64,000 nucleotides of DNA from Candidatus Adlerbacteria bacterium (GCA_027451965.1 DAIDHJ010000001.1:23639-87638), one strand, 5' to 3'. Numbered from the stretch's first letter, positions 10,891 to 21,376 are shown. Numbers and translations: made by a program. The notes: a model not told the origin generated them from the letters alone.

Positions 10891-11652
10891 TTACTTAGTA
10901 AGGATTTCAGGGCCTTCCGGCAGGACCACAATCGTGTGTTCGAAGTGCGCCGCCCGGGAGCCGTCCCGCATACGGTAGGTCCATTCATCAGAATCCAACA
11001 TAATATCTCCCTTGCCTTCCGAGAGCATGGGCTCGATAGCAAGCACCATCCCCTCCACAATACGCTCTCCTTCTCCGCGCACTCCTTCGTTGGGGATGTA
11101 AGGATGCTCGTGCACCGCCTTGCCGACTGCGTGTCCCCCCAGGTCTTTGACGATGGAGAATCGATAGCGCGCCGCAACCTCCTCAACCGCCGCACCGATG
11201 TCGCCAATATGGCCTCCGACTCGCACTGCATTGATCGCTGCGGTGGTTGCTTCTCGCGTCGCATCAATGAGCTTTCGTGCAGCCGCATCCCCTTCACCCA
11301 CGCACACCGTAAGCGCCGAATCGACAAAGTACCCTTCATAAGAAAGACCGAGATCAAGCGAGAGTATATCTCCCTGCTCTAAGATGCGATCCTCAAGAGG
11401 AATGCCGTGCACCACTTCATCGTTTATGGAAACGCACAAGACCGCCGGAAACGGGATGCGTGCGCCGCGCGGCTTGTAGCCCAGAAACGCCGGCACGGCT
11501 CCGTGGTCGCGTATGTAGCGCTCTGCGGCGATATCGAGCGCCGCAGTGGTCTGTCCTTCGCGCACAAGCGCAGCCGTCTCTCGCAGTGCCTCTGCCAGGA
11601 TCTTCCCCGCAGTGCGCAGATGTTTCAAATCTTCAGGTGTTTTTATAATCAT
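10891..11652 (-). CDS. map: methionine aminopeptidase type I
   Basis: 253 aa, MIIKTPEDLKHLRTAGKILAEAL..., MetAP pita-bread fold motifs. It sits in the usual position after adk. Confidence 0.9.
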   Translation of the reverse strand: MIIKTPEDLKHLRTAGKILAEALRETAALVREGQTTAALDIAAERYIRDHGAVPAFLGYKPRGARIPFPAVLCVSINDEVVHGIPLEDRILEQGDILSLDLGLSYEGYFVDSALTVCVGEGDAAARKLIDATREATTAAINAVRVGGHIGDIGAAVEEVAARYRFSIVKDLGGHAVGKAVHEHPYIPNEGVRGEGERIVEGMVLAIEPMLSEGKGDIMLDSDEWTYRMRDGSRAAHFEHTIVVLPEGPEILTK

Positions 11653-12266
11653 ATAAGTTCTAGTTGCTTGAGAACAGCAGTATGTACATCTTCAATGGAC
11701 GCTGTTCCATCAATTTCTATATAACGATATGCGGGATTCTCTTGAAAGGTATGGATAACGGGGAGAGTCTGCTCTTTGGTCCAGCGCAATCGTTTGCGGA
11801 TGCTTTCTTCAGTGTCGTCGCTGCGTTCCCGCTTGAGCAGACGCGCAACCGATACTTCTTCCGGAACAGATAGAAATATCAAGATGGGTTGCTTGCGCTC
11901 ATAGAAAGACATAGCAGATTGGAAGAGCATGAGCTGGTCCTCGCTGCGTGGAAAGCCGCTGATAAGGAGATGTTCCTCCCCTTTGAGCCAGTTGATGAAG
12001 AACCGTCCCATGACATGCGCGAGCACAAACATAGGCTGTAATTCCCCACGTGTGAGAGATGTTGCTACGTGGTCCTGCGTAAAACCTCCTTCATGCGCGA
12101 ACGTGCGCAGCTCAGTACCGGCATCAAAATGCACCACGGGCGTGGTGTAGTGATGCAGCAGATAGTTTTTGAGGAGGGCGACTTGCGTATCTTTTCCGCT
12201 TCCTTGCGGGCCGGCAAAAATAACGGTCAGCTGTTCCACACCGGGTATTGTACTTTGAATCAGCAC
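11649..12266 (-). CDS. adk: adenylate kinase (short form, no zinc lid)
   Basis: P-loop GPQGSGKDTQ. Length 205 aa. Confidence 0.8.
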   Translation of the reverse strand: MLIQSTIPGVEQLTVIFAGPQGSGKDTQVALLKNYLLHHYTTPVVHFDAGTELRTFAHEGGFTQDHVATSLTRGELQPMFVLAHVMGRFFINWLKGEEHLLISGFPRSEDQLMLFQSAMSFYERKQPILIFLSVPEEVSVARLLKRERSDDTEESIRKRLRWTKEQTLPVIHTFQENPAYRYIEIDGTASIEDVHTAVLKQLELI

Positions 12267-12272
12267 GCGATG

Positions 12273-12842
12273 CTACTTTCGCAGACGCTCCACCGCTGCA
12301 ATGAATAGTGCTTGCGCATGCGCGAGATCGCCGTTCTTGTTTTCGATGCAGATGTCCGCCTGCGCGGCGAACTGCATTTCATCCGCATACCGCTCCTTTC
12401 GGGCAGCAAGCTCTTCCGGCGTGACCGGCGCGCGCGCCGCAATGCGCGCCGCAAGCTCTTCCCATGACCCGGCAGTGATGAAAATGGTCGCTACCTGACC
12501 CGCTGGCAGGAGCTTCAGCAGCTGGCGCGCACCCTGCACCTCCACTTCGCGTACCACTGTCTTCCCTTGTGCCAAAGCGGGCAGCACTTCCGACTTGAGC
12601 GTGCCGTAGCGGTGTCCGCCGTAGGATGCCCATTCGAGAAACGCATCTTGTGCCAGACGCGCATCGAATGCGGCGTCACTGATAAAGTAATAGGTTTCTC
12701 CTTCCGCCTCGCCCGGACGCTGTGCACGCGTCGTGCAGGAAACGGGAAAGACGATATCGGACGCGCTGTGGCGCAGGTACGACATGAGCGCGCTCTTGCC
12801 GCTGCCGGAAGGGGCGATGACCAGGATCAGTTTTCCCTGCAT
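12273..12842 (-). CDS. gmk: guanylate kinase
   Basis: P-loop APSGSGKSAL plus CTTRAQRPGEAEGETYYFIS, matching the ATTRxPRxGExxGxxYxF guanylate kinase signature. Confidence 0.8.
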   Translation of the reverse strand: MQGKLILVIAPSGSGKSALMSYLRHSASDIVFPVSCTTRAQRPGEAEGETYYFISDAAFDARLAQDAFLEWASYGGHRYGTLKSEVLPALAQGKTVVREVEVQGARQLLKLLPAGQVATIFITAGSWEELAARIAARAPVTPEELAARKERYADEMQFAAQADICIENKNGDLAHAQALFIAAVERLRK

Positions 12843-12845
12843 ACC

Positions 12846-14117
12846 CTAGTATTCTCGCATGGAGACCTGCGCATCAATGCGCCGGGCAAGATCCAAGATA
12901 ACGGACACGACGATAAGAAGCGCGGTGCCGCCGATGGTGAGCTGCTGGAGGTTGGTGAACGACTGCACGACGATTGGCAGTACGGCGATAAGGCCGAGAA
13001 ACAGCGCTCCCACCAAGGTGATGCGCGTGATCACTTTCCCCAAGTGCTCTTCTGTGGAGTGGCCAGGACGCACGCCAGGAATGAACGCACCGTTCTTCTG
13101 CAAATTTTCTGCAATCAGATGCGGATCGAAAGTGACGGCGGTGTAGAAATACGTGAAGAGAAAGACCAGGATGAAATAGACCGCTCCATAGAGCGTAAGG
13201 TTCTGCAGCCAGCCGAGCACCAGGGTGGCGATGTGCGCTACCATGGGCTGCGAAGAGGTTGCAAAGAAGGTTGCTGCCATCTGCGGAAGGAGAAGCAAGG
13301 AAAGCGCAAAGATAATCGGAATCACTCCTGCTTGATTGAGCCGGAGCGGCAGGTACGTGGACTGGCCGCCGAAGAGCTTCATACCCCGGATGCGCTTTGC
13401 ATACGTCACCGGTATAGGGCGTTCTGCTTCAGTGATAAGCACCACAGCCGCTACCACCGCAACCGCAGCGACCAAAAAGGCGATGTAGGTAGGGATCTGG
13501 GTCGTATCGAATGAAAAGAGCAGCTGGTTCATCGCCTGCGGGATGCGCGCCACAATACCGGCAAAGATGATGACGGAAACACCGTTTCCCAGTCCGTATT
13601 CGGAAATGAGTTCACCGATCCACATAAGAAGGACCGAACCGGCGGTGATTGCCAAGAGGTTCACCGCAAACGGGAATGGTCCCAGCGGCGACAGAATGCC
13701 TTCTCGCTGGAGGATAAGCAGAAAACTGATGCCTTGGATTATTGCCACCGGCAGAGTGATGAGGCGGGTGTACATGGCAAACTTTTGTCGGCCGGCCTCC
13801 CCTTCTTCCTGATAGAGCGCTTTAAGCGAAGGGCTCAGCATGGTAAGCAACTGCAAAATGATGGAAGCGGTGATGTAGGGACCCACCCCAAGCATCACGA
13901 TAGAAAGATTAGAAAGACCGCCTCCTGAAAACAGGTTCAACAGACCGAGGAATTGATTGTTCGCAAAAAACAGCTGCAGCTGTGCAACGTTGATACCCGG
14001 AATCGGAATAGCGGCGAGCGCACGGAAAATAGCCAATGCGCCCAATACAAACAGTAAACGATTGCGCAAGCTTTTATCGGAAAGCACGAGCGCGAATTTT
14101 TGCCAAAACGTATTCAT
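12846..14117 (-). CDS. secY: preprotein translocase subunit SecY
   Basis: 423 aa with 10 predicted TM segments, located after rplO. Confidence 0.95.
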   Translation of the reverse strand: MNTFWQKFALVLSDKSLRNRLLFVLGALAIFRALAAIPIPGINVAQLQLFFANNQFLGLLNLFSGGGLSNLSIVMLGVGPYITASIILQLLTMLSPSLKALYQEEGEAGRQKFAMYTRLITLPVAIIQGISFLLILQREGILSPLGPFPFAVNLLAITAGSVLLMWIGELISEYGLGNGVSVIIFAGIVARIPQAMNQLLFSFDTTQIPTYIAFLVAAVAVVAAVVLITEAERPIPVTYAKRIRGMKLFGGQSTYLPLRLNQAGVIPIIFALSLLLLPQMAATFFATSSQPMVAHIATLVLGWLQNLTLYGAVYFILVFLFTYFYTAVTFDPHLIAENLQKNGAFIPGVRPGHSTEEHLGKVITRITLVGALFLGLIAVLPIVVQSFTNLQQLTIGGTALLIVVSVILDLARRIDAQVSMREY

Positions 14118-14120
14118 ACT

Positions 14121-14561
14121 CTATGCAACCGATCCTCCTGCGTGTGTGATTTTCTCCTTTGCGGATGCAGATACCAAACAATCTTTGATGGAAAATGATT
14201 TAGAAAGCGTTCCGGTCGCAAGAATTTTCACCGCGGGAACCGATCCTTTACGTGCGCGGATAACACCTCGTTCAATAAGAACCGTCGGAGTAATGTTGTC
14301 TCCCGCAGAGAAGAGTTGTTCGAGTAGTGCGATATTTACCACCGCCGGCTTTGCAACGATGCTTTTGAGCGATTGTCGTCCGCGTCCGCGCAGTTTTGGA
14401 AGCTTCTTCAGCGTTTCTCGAATGTCCGGCCGAATGCGATGGCCGGAACGGGCTTTCTGTCCTTTCGTTCCCCGACCAGACGTTTTGCCGCGAATACCGC
14501 CGCGTCCAACGCGTTTTGGCTTTTTGTTTTGTGTATGTCGCTGTAGTTCGTGTAATTGCAT
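14121..14561 (-). CDS. rplO: 50S ribosomal protein L15
   Basis: KRVGRGGIRGKTSGRGTKGQKARSG motif. Confidence 0.9.
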   Translation of the reverse strand: MQLHELQRHTQNKKPKRVGRGGIRGKTSGRGTKGQKARSGHRIRPDIRETLKKLPKLRGRGRQSLKSIVAKPAVVNIALLEQLFSAGDNITPTVLIERGVIRARKGSVPAVKILATGTLSKSFSIKDCLVSASAKEKITHAGGSVA

Positions 14562-14566
14562 AGTAG

Positions 14567-15151
14567 TTAGGCTTTCAGTTGGCGTAGCGCTTCAATAGTT
14601 GCACGCGCGTTGTTCAGTCCGTTCTTGCTTCCTGAGTGCAGCTTTGCAACCACATTGGTGATACCGGCAAGCTCAAGCACGGGACGTACGGACGAACCGG
14701 CAACCAAACTGCGTCCCGGAGCCGGCATAAGCATCACGCGTGCCGCGCAGTATTTGGCGGACACTTCATGCGCAATAGACGTATCTTTCGTAAGGTTGAC
14801 GGTGATAAGGTTTTTCTTCGCGTTGCGTACCGCCTTATCAATGGCGAGCGTCGTATCACCTGCCTTTCCAAGGCCTACCCCCACTTTTCCTTTTCTGTTT
14901 CCAATGATGATCGCGACTGAAAATGAAAATCGGCGGCCTCCGGACACCACACGGGCAACGCGGCGAATAGTGATCATCTTCTGATCAAATTCACTGCGCA
15001 CGCGCGGTGCACGCACTGGTGCACGGCCACCCCGCCCACGACGGCCTCCTTGCACATGTCGCTTCCCTCTTTCTTCCACAGCCGCTTTTTCAACAGGTGC
15101 TTCCGTTGGCGTTTCGATAACTTCTTGTGTTGTTGTTTCTGTATCAGTCAT
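14567..15151 (-). CDS. rpsE: 30S ribosomal protein S5 (with ~50-aa acidic/basic N-terminal extension)
   Basis: Core sequence ITIRRVARVVSGGRRFSFSVAIIIGNRKGKVGVGLGKA. Confidence 0.9.
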   Translation of the reverse strand: MTDTETTTQEVIETPTEAPVEKAAVEERGKRHVQGGRRGRGGRAPVRAPRVRSEFDQKMITIRRVARVVSGGRRFSFSVAIIIGNRKGKVGVGLGKAGDTTLAIDKAVRNAKKNLITVNLTKDTSIAHEVSAKYCAARVMLMPAPGRSLVAGSSVRPVLELAGITNVVAKLHSGSKNGLNNARATIEALRQLKA

Positions 15152-15157
15152 ATTGCG

Positions 15158-15505
15158 TTATACCTGAATGCCTGCCTGGCGTACTGCGTCAGCGAGCGTG
15201 GCAACCCGCCCAGTATAGCGGAAACCGCCCCGATCAAACACTACCGCCGTAATACCAGCCGCGTGTGCGCGTTTTGCAAGCTCTTCTCCGAGTTTTCGTG
15301 CGCTTTCCATTTTTTTACCTGGCCATTCCTTGGTGGTACCGGCAGCGATAGTCACTCCCTTGGTATCATCGATGATCTGTGCGTGGAGATAGCGGTTTGA
15401 TTTGTATACCGAAAGACGTGGCCGCTGCGGAGTCCCGTGCACGCGAGCGCGGATGCGGTTGTGACGGCGTTCTTTATTCAGTTGTTTCGTTTTTATTGAG
15501 TACAT
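15158..15505 (-). CDS. rplR: 50S ribosomal protein L18
   Basis: 115 aa in the conserved position between rpsE and rplF. C-terminal [26 protein letters not shown]. Confidence 0.9.
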   Translation of the reverse strand: MYSIKTKQLNKERRHNRIRARVHGTPQRPRLSVYKSNRYLHAQIIDDTKGVTIAAGTTKEWPGKKMESARKLGEELAKRAHAAGITAVVFDRGGFRYTGRVATLADAVRQAGIQV

Positions 15506-15509
15506 ACCG

Positions 15510-16043
15510 TTATGCAGCTTTCTTTCCTTGCTTGCGGCGGATCACTTCTCCGTCGTAGCGAATACCTTTTCCTTTGTACGGTTCAGGCTTCTTGAGCGCA
15601 CGAATATTTGCCGCGAACTGTCCGACCAATTCCTTATCAAAGCCGCTGATCGTAAGGCTGTTTTTTTCTGCAGTGACCGTAAGGCCCTCCGGAATGGTTT
15701 TTTTGACCGGATGAGAAAATCCCAATGAAAGAGTGAGTTGCTTTCCTGCTACTTCCCACTTGTACCCCACTCCTTCAACGAGCAGTTTTTTTGTAAATCC
15801 TTCATGTACCCCATGGAGCATGTTGCGCACATGTGCCGCATAGGTACCGATGCTTGCTCGAGACTCTATGGTTTTTCCTTTCGGCAGTACTTGAATACCA
15901 TCCGGGCTCACGGTGATCGAGACGTGGCGGTTTAGTTTGCGAGTCAGCGTTCCTTTTGGTCCGGTGATGCGCAATTCATCCCCCGATATCTGTGCTTCGG
16001 TTTTAGGAGGGACAACAATAGCTGTTTTTGCAAGTCGAGACAT
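15510..16043 (-). CDS. rplF: 50S ribosomal protein L6
   Basis: Start taken at [14 protein letters not shown] (ATG at 16041-16043). The ORF-track start at 16097 would overlap rpsH. Confidence 0.85.
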   Translation of the reverse strand: MSRLAKTAIVVPPKTEAQISGDELRITGPKGTLTRKLNRHVSITVSPDGIQVLPKGKTIESRASIGTYAAHVRNMLHGVHEGFTKKLLVEGVGYKWEVAGKQLTLSLGFSHPVKKTIPEGLTVTAEKNSLTISGFDKELVGQFAANIRALKKPEPYKGKGIRYDGEVIRRKQGKKAA

Positions 16044-16047
16044 AGTA

Positions 16048-16434
16048 TTACCAAATTTCAAACAGCACCTCTCCTCCCAAGCGCTTCTGTCGAGCATCCT
16101 TACCGGTCATCACTCCACCGGGAGTGGAGAGCACTACCAATCCATGGCCGCGCTTTACCGGTCGAATATCTCGCACACCCAGGTACATGCGGCGAGACGG
16201 TTTGGAAATACGCTTAAAACCGGAGATAACAGGACGATTATTTTTGTATGCCAATGTGAGCGAAAGCGTGTGGTTCTTTTTTGGTTTTTCAACCTCTCCC
16301 ACATACCCTTCTTTCTCCAGCACTTCGGCAATGGCAAGTTTCATGCGGGAGGAAGGAAGTGTTACACGAGTCTTGCCCACGCGTGACGCGTTTTGCAATC
16401 GGACCAACAAATCTGCAATAGAGTCAGTTACCAT
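16048..16434 (-). CDS. rpsH: 30S ribosomal protein S8
   Basis: 128 aa, MVTDSIADLLVRLQNASRVGK... Confidence 0.9.
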   Translation of the reverse strand: MVTDSIADLLVRLQNASRVGKTRVTLPSSRMKLAIAEVLEKEGYVGEVEKPKKNHTLSLTLAYKNNRPVISGFKRISKPSRRMYLGVRDIRPVKRGHGLVVLSTPGGVMTGKDARQKRLGGEVLFEIW

Positions 16435-16437
16435 AGA

Positions 16438-16623
16438 TTACCAAGAAGATTTACGCACACCCGGAATGAGTCCTTCGTTTGCCGCTTCGCGGAAGCAGGC
16501 TCGGCACATTTGAAAATCGCGCATGAAAGCACGTTTACGTCCGCAACGGAAACAGCGTCGAACCACCCGTGATGCAAATTTCGGAGTGCGATTTGAGCGT
16601 GCTATTGTTGATTTTTTTGCCAT
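16438..16623 (-). CDS. rpsN: 30S ribosomal protein S14 type Z (zinc-binding, 61 aa)
   Basis: [23 protein letters not shown], i.e. CxxC...CxxC. Confidence 0.9.
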   Translation of the reverse strand: MAKKSTIARSNRTPKFASRVVRRCFRCGRKRAFMRDFQMCRACFREAANEGLIPGVRKSSW

Positions 16624-16693
16624 ATTCTACACAAAAAGGCCACGCGGCCTTCGCAGGCCAGAATAACACAAGGCCTGCGTCAGCGCAATTCTA

Positions 16694-17233
16694 CTATTTC
16701 TTGAACGGAAATCCGAGGTGCGCGAGGTATGCTTGCGCCTCTTTTTTCGTCTTTGCAGTGGTTACAATGGTAACGGCGATACCGAATACATCCTTCAATT
16801 CCTCATCGGCTGTTTCTGGAAATACTGTATGTTCTTTCATACCAAGCGTGTAATTACCCATGGCGTCGATACTGGCGGTAGAAATGCCTTTAAAGTCCTT
16901 AGTACGCGGAAGCGCGATATGAATAAGGCGATTCGTAAAATCCTGTGCCCGCGCTCCGCGCAGTGTCACCTGATACCCGACCTTGTCTCCAATGCGGGTT
17001 TTGTAGCTGGCAATGGATTTTTTTGCACCGCGGCTTACTGGCTGCTGGCCGGTAATTTTTGCGAGACGATCGGCGACCAGTTCCACCTTGTGTTTATCTT
17101 TCGCCATTTTACCGACCCCAACGGACACGATGACCTTCTCTATGCGAGGAGTTTGCATCGCGTTTTTCCATGCAAACGTATCCTTGAGGGTAGCGAATGC
17201 TGTTTTCTGTTTTTCTTGAATGAGTTGCGGCAT
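16694..17233 (-). CDS. rplE: 50S ribosomal protein L5
   Basis: Start taken at MPQLIQEKQK (ATG at 17231-17233). The ORF-track upstream extension overlaps rplX. Confidence 0.85.
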   Translation of the reverse strand: MPQLIQEKQKTAFATLKDTFAWKNAMQTPRIEKVIVSVGVGKMAKDKHKVELVADRLAKITGQQPVSRGAKKSIASYKTRIGDKVGYQVTLRGARAQDFTNRLIHIALPRTKDFKGISTASIDAMGNYTLGMKEHTVFPETADEELKDVFGIAVTIVTTAKTKKEAQAYLAHLGFPFKK

Positions 17234-17234
17234 A

Positions 17235-17483
17235 TTATTTCTTAGCTCGTTTCTTATGTTTGCTGATTTCCATGACCTTGCTGACATGTATCGGGTGCTG
17301 CTTATCGATGATTTGCCCTGATTGTCCTTCCCGGCGCGGCTTCTGATGCTTCTTTTTCATGCCAATGCCTTCTACCAGTACCATCTCTCGCTTTGGAAAC
17401 ACCTCAAGCACCTTGCCGGTTTTTCCTTTTTCATTGCCGGAAAGCACAAATACCGTATCTCCTTTTTTTACATGTAGTTTCAT
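17235..17483 (-). CDS. rplX: 50S ribosomal protein L24
   Basis: KOW motif: [25 protein letters not shown]. Confidence 0.9.
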   Translation of the reverse strand: MKLHVKKGDTVFVLSGNEKGKTGKVLEVFPKREMVLVEGIGMKKKHQKPRREGQSGQIIDKQHPIHVSKVMEISKHKKRAKK

Positions 17484-17488
17484 ATGCG

Positions 17489-17869
17489 TTACACCACTTC
17501 AGGAGCGCGAGAAATAATAGCTTGATAACCCAGTTCGGAAAGCTCTCGAGGAATCGGACCGAAAATACGCCCAGCTTTTGGTTTCTTTTTATCCTTTCCT
17601 GAAATATCGAGAATCACTACCGCATTGTCATCAAAACGGATGTATGAACCGTCTTTGCGGCGAAACGGTTTTCGTTGGCGCACAACCACTGCATGGAGTA
17701 CCTCTTTCTTCTTTACTGCCTTACGTGGTTCTGCAGTTTGCACCGACAAGATCACCACTTCGCCGATTTGCGCATAGCGTTTCTTTGAAGAGCCGACAAT
17801 CTTGAATATGCGCCCTATCTTTGCGCCTGAATTATCTGCTATTTGTACGAGTGATCGGTCTTGAATCAT
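17489..17869 (-). CDS. rplN: 50S ribosomal protein L14
   Basis: [17 protein letters not shown]... Confidence 0.9.
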   Translation of the reverse strand: MIQDRSLVQIADNSGAKIGRIFKIVGSSKKRYAQIGEVVILSVQTAEPRKAVKKKEVLHAVVVRQRKPFRRKDGSYIRFDDNAVVILDISGKDKKKPKAGRIFGPIPRELSELGYQAIISRAPEVV

Positions 17870-17875
17870 AAGCCA

Positions 17876-18121
17876 TTAGGAAAAAACGATTTCGAAGCGC
17901 TTCAAGCGAGAGAGCGGGCGGCATGCACGGATAGTTACCGTATCCCCTTCCTTAGCGCGATTTCCTTCGTTGTGTGCATGGTAGTTCTTGGTGCGCTTGA
18001 GATACTTCTTATATTTCGGATGTTTTACATAGCGAGACACAGACACAACAGCAGTATTCGTCATTTTGTCTGAAATGACTATGCCGCGAAGTATTTTTCG
18101 TTTTGCAGTGTTCTGTTCCAT
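17876..18121 (-). CDS. rpsQ: 30S ribosomal protein S17
   Basis: 81 aa, OB-fold; in the conserved operon position. Confidence 0.85.
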   Translation of the reverse strand: MEQNTAKRKILRGIVISDKMTNTAVVSVSRYVKHPKYKKYLKRTKNYHAHNEGNRAKEGDTVTIRACRPLSRLKRFEIVFS

Positions 18122-18126
18122 AGTGT

Positions 18127-18315
18127 TTATGCGCGCCGATTTCGTTCCGTAAGTGCCCGAGCAATCTGGTGACGCAACTGTATCGCTTTCTTTACATTCT
18201 GATTTTTACTTCCTGCAACAGAAAAAAGCAAGCCGCGTAGCTCGTCTCGAGACTGTGCTACGAAACGATCGAGTTCTTCGGGAGTATACGTACTGAAGGT
18301 TTGTTTCTTTGCCAT
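18127..18315 (-). CDS. rpmC: 50S ribosomal protein L29
   Basis: 62 aa helical protein; in the conserved operon position. Confidence 0.8.
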   Translation of the reverse strand: MAKKQTFSTYTPEELDRFVAQSRDELRGLLFSVAGSKNQNVKKAIQLRHQIARALTERNRRA

Positions 18316-18322
18316 ATAGATG

Positions 18323-18748
18323 TTAGTGCGAGATGCGAGAGACTACTTTCGCCTTAAGGGGCAGTTTTTTTGCTGCCTTGATAAGGGCTTGTGTTGCAAT
18401 ATCATCAGCGACGCCGTCCACCTCGAACAGCACGCGGCCAGGCCATATTTCCACTTCATAACCGACCGGGTCTCCTTTTCCTTTACCCAATTTCACTTCC
18501 GGTGGTTTCTTCGTAAACGGCTTATCGGGGAAAATGCGCACCCATAGTTTCCCTGTCTTGCCAAGGCTGCGTACTACCACCTTGCGAGCGCTTTCAATTT
18601 GGTTTGATTTCACTCGTGCGTGCGTGGTCGCTTTCAGTCCATGACTCCCGAACGCAACCGTAATGCCACGAGTCGCTTGCCGCATCTTCTTTGGATTAGA
18701 GCGATTCGTCTGCCACTTTCTGAATTTTACCTTTTTCGGGAATAACAT
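18323..18748 (-). CDS. rplP: 50S ribosomal protein L16
   Basis: Start at MLFPKKVKFRKWQ. The ORF-track N-terminal extension overlaps rpsC. Confidence 0.85.
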   Translation of the reverse strand: MLFPKKVKFRKWQTNRSNPKKMRQATRGITVAFGSHGLKATTHARVKSNQIESARKVVVRSLGKTGKLWVRIFPDKPFTKKPPEVKLGKGKGDPVGYEVEIWPGRVLFEVDGVADDIATQALIKAAKKLPLKAKVVSRISH

Positions 18749-18752
18749 ATGT

Positions 18753-19430
18753 TTATTTTTCTTTCTTGTCTTTTCCTCGTTCTGCAAACACCTCACCGCG
18801 GTAGATCCATACCTTTACGCCGATCACCCCAAGCGGCAAGTTTGCTCGTTCACGGGCAAAATCAATGTCAGAACGGAGCGTCTGGAGCGGAACGCGGCCC
18901 TTCTTAAGCTCTTCGCGGCGCGACATAGAGCCACCGCCAAGCATGCCGGAGAGTGCGATGCGGACTCCTTTCACATCTCGGTTTGCCATAGCTTTTTCTA
19001 TGGTCTGTTTGAGCACGCGGCGAAACGGCAGTCGTTTTTCAAGGCCTTCCACGACCATAGAAGCGACGATTGCAGCATTGCTCTCCGGGGAACGGATCTC
19101 TTCAATATCCAATTTTATTTCCGGCGTCTGGAGCGATCGCTTTTGCAAGAATGTTGCAATTTTTGTGCGCAATTTCTGTGATCCTTCTCCAGATCGGCCG
19201 ATAATCATACCTGGACGCGATGTTTTGATGATGACGCGAAGTGTCTTTTCATTGCGTTCAATTTCTATGCCGCCCACGTACATGCTGCGCAATTCTTTCT
19301 GTAAAAATTCACGAAGGAGAATGTCCGCCTTAAGGTACTGATGGTATTTCTCACCGGTAGCAAACCAGCGATGTCGCCAATCGCGCAATATTCCTAATCG
19401 ATGAGCATATGGATGGACTACCTTTGACAT
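18753..19430 (-). CDS. rpsC: 30S ribosomal protein S3
   Basis: 225 aa with KH domain and S3-C domain. MSKVVHPYAHRLGILRDW... Confidence 0.9.
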   Translation of the reverse strand: MSKVVHPYAHRLGILRDWRHRWFATGEKYHQYLKADILLREFLQKELRSMYVGGIEIERNEKTLRVIIKTSRPGMIIGRSGEGSQKLRTKIATFLQKRSLQTPEIKLDIEEIRSPESNAAIVASMVVEGLEKRLPFRRVLKQTIEKAMANRDVKGVRIALSGMLGGGSMSRREELKKGRVPLQTLRSDIDFARERANLPLGVIGVKVWIYRGEVFAERGKDKKEK

Positions 19431-19434
19431 ACAA

Positions 19435-19791
19435 TTATTGTGTTGCTTCTTCCGATGCAGCTTTCCGTTCTGGAGTGCTTACTGCCAAGGAAATGTGGCT
19501 GGTTCGCTTTTTAATAAGAGATGCTCGGCCTCGAGCGCGCGGCATATGGCGTTTAAATACGACGCCGCCATTCACTTCTATTTTTGAGATAACTAAATCA
19601 TGCGCTCCGGTCTTTGCGTTCGCTACCGCGCTGCGGATGAGCTGCTGGAGAGGACCTGATGCGCGTCGGGGAAGCGCTTCGAGAATCGCTAATGCCCGAT
19701 CTACACGCTTGCCGCGTACCAAGTCGGCAACCAGGCGCACCTTGCGAGGTGCTTGACGATAGTTTGAAAGTTTTGCGGTTGCCTGTGCCAT
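19435..19791 (-). CDS. rplV: 50S ribosomal protein L22
   Basis: 118 aa; position and motifs. Confidence 0.85.
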   Translation of the reverse strand: MAQATAKLSNYRQAPRKVRLVADLVRGKRVDRALAILEALPRRASGPLQQLIRSAVANAKTGAHDLVISKIEVNGGVVFKRHMPRARGRASLIKKRTSHISLAVSTPERKAASEEATQ

Positions 19792-19797
19792 AGAATA

Positions 19798-20145
19798 TTA
19801 TTTCTTCTTCGCCGTGTCCGTTGCAGCTTTAGCAGCCTGTGCAGCAGCGATTTCTGCTTCTTTCTGTTTCTGTTCAATTTCTTTCTGCATTTTACCGCCG
19901 TGTCGTACGAACTTTTTCGTAGGAGAAAACTCTCCCAACCGATGTCCCACCATATCTTCACTGACAAGCACTGGGACATGCGCTTTACCGTTATGAACGC
20001 CGAAAGTAAATCCGACCATTTCCGGTGCGATCTGACTACGACGCGCCCATGTTTGAATCACCCCAGCGGTCTGCGGCTTTTTCCCCTCAATCTTCTTGAG
20101 AAGTTTTTCATCTACATATGGACCTTTTTTTATTGATCGTGCCAT
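19798..20145 (-). CDS. rpsS: 30S ribosomal protein S19 (with Lys/Ala-rich C-terminal tail)
   Basis: Start at [12 protein letters not shown] (ATG at 20143-20145). Confidence 0.85.
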   Translation of the reverse strand: MARSIKKGPYVDEKLLKKIEGKKPQTAGVIQTWARRSQIAPEMVGFTFGVHNGKAHVPVLVSEDMVGHRLGEFSPTKKFVRHGGKMQKEIEQKQKEAEIAAAQAAKAATDTAKKK

Positions 20146-20227
20146 GAAATGCAATGTAAAACCCGCCAAAGCGGGATTGGCATTATAGTACAGGAAAGCA
20201 GAAAAGAGTCAACTAATTAGCCCTTTT

Positions 20228-21070
20228 TTACTTCCGCTTGCCTACTTTGCGACGAGAGACAATGAGATAGTTAGAGTACTTCTTCGGAGCACGGGTTTTC
20301 TGACCCTTTCCGGTCGGCTTACCCCACAAGCTTTTTGCACGGCGCAAACCTCTTCCTTGACGGCCTTCACCTCCTCCGTGTGGATGGTCTACCGGATTCA
20401 TCGCCGTACCGCGCACGGTAGGACGTACGCCTTTCCAGCGACTGCGTCCCGCCTTTCCGATGTGCACCAAATGGTGCTCTTCATTGGACACTTCTCCAAC
20501 AGTGGCCCAACAAATTTCGCGCACCTTTCGCACTTCGCTCGACGGCATTTTCAAATCGACATACCCCTGATCGCGTGCGATCACCGTAAGATAGGTGCCG
20601 GCAGCGCGAGCAAGCTTGCCCCCCTGCCCCGGCTTGAGCTCAACGTTGTATACGAAGGTGCCAATAGGAATATTCTTGAGCGGGAGACGGTTCCCCGGAG
20701 TAGCAGCTGCCTGTTCGCCACTTTCAATCGCATCGCCAACATGTACCGATTTTGGCAAGAGTGCATAGCGGCGCTCTCCATCTCGATAGCGCAAAAGGCC
20801 GATAAATCCGGATCGGTTTGGATCATACTCAACGGTCTCTACGACCGCAGGAACACCTTTTTTGCCATAGGTGAAATCAACATCACGGAAAAGACGTTTG
20901 TGTCCTCCTCCTTTGTGGCGTACGGTAATGCGTCCTTGTGAATTGCGGCCAACATGCCGTTTTCCTCCTGCGGTGAGCGGCTTATATGGCGTATCGGTCG
21001 TAAGCTTGTCTCGGAATGAGACAGTAGTCATATGCCGACGTGATTTTGTATATGGTCTGTAGTGTTTCAT
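20228..21070 (-). CDS. rplB: 50S ribosomal protein L2
   Basis: 280 aa with GRNSQGRITVRHKGGGHKR motif. Confidence 0.95.
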   Translation of the reverse strand: MKHYRPYTKSRRHMTTVSFRDKLTTDTPYKPLTAGGKRHVGRNSQGRITVRHKGGGHKRLFRDVDFTYGKKGVPAVVETVEYDPNRSGFIGLLRYRDGERRYALLPKSVHVGDAIESGEQAAATPGNRLPLKNIPIGTFVYNVELKPGQGGKLARAAGTYLTVIARDQGYVDLKMPSSEVRKVREICWATVGEVSNEEHHLVHIGKAGRSRWKGVRPTVRGTAMNPVDHPHGGGEGRQGRGLRRAKSLWGKPTGKGQKTRAPKKYSNYLIVSRRKVGKRK

Positions 21071-21072
21071 AA

Positions 21073-21372
21073 CTATGTAAATTCAATGGTATCCCCTTGT
21101 TTAAGGTATACATATGCCTTCTTGCCCCCCGCAGTCATACCGGAGCGATTCGTACCGCGCACACTCACGCGTTTGCGTGGAATGCGCACAATACGGATTT
21201 GCCGTGGTGTAACCTTATACATAAGTTGAATTGCTTCTGCAATCTCTTTTTTATTTGCTCCTACGGAAACATTGAAAACATACGCATTGTCATGAGATGC
21301 GACAAGTGCTCCTTTTTCCGTAATGCGCGGTGAGCGTAGGATATCGATGATATGTTTGTGTGTAGATTTCAT
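21073..21372 (-). CDS. rplW: 50S ribosomal protein L23
   Basis: 99 aa; in the conserved operon position. Confidence 0.85.
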   Translation of the reverse strand: MKSTHKHIIDILRSPRITEKGALVASHDNAYVFNVSVGANKKEIAEAIQLMYKVTPRQIRIVRIPRKRVSVRGTNRSGMTAGGKKAYVYLKQGDTIEFT

Positions 21373-21376
21373 ACGC

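Noticed and set aside
10815-12842. Many antisense or alternative-frame ORFs overlapping map, adk, gmk and the ribosomal protein genes (for example 10815..11357, 12567..13514, 13957..14598, 16718..17245, 20357..20941)
   Set aside because: They overlap genes that show clear conserved protein motifs in another frame or strand. They are typical GC-rich shadow ORFs.
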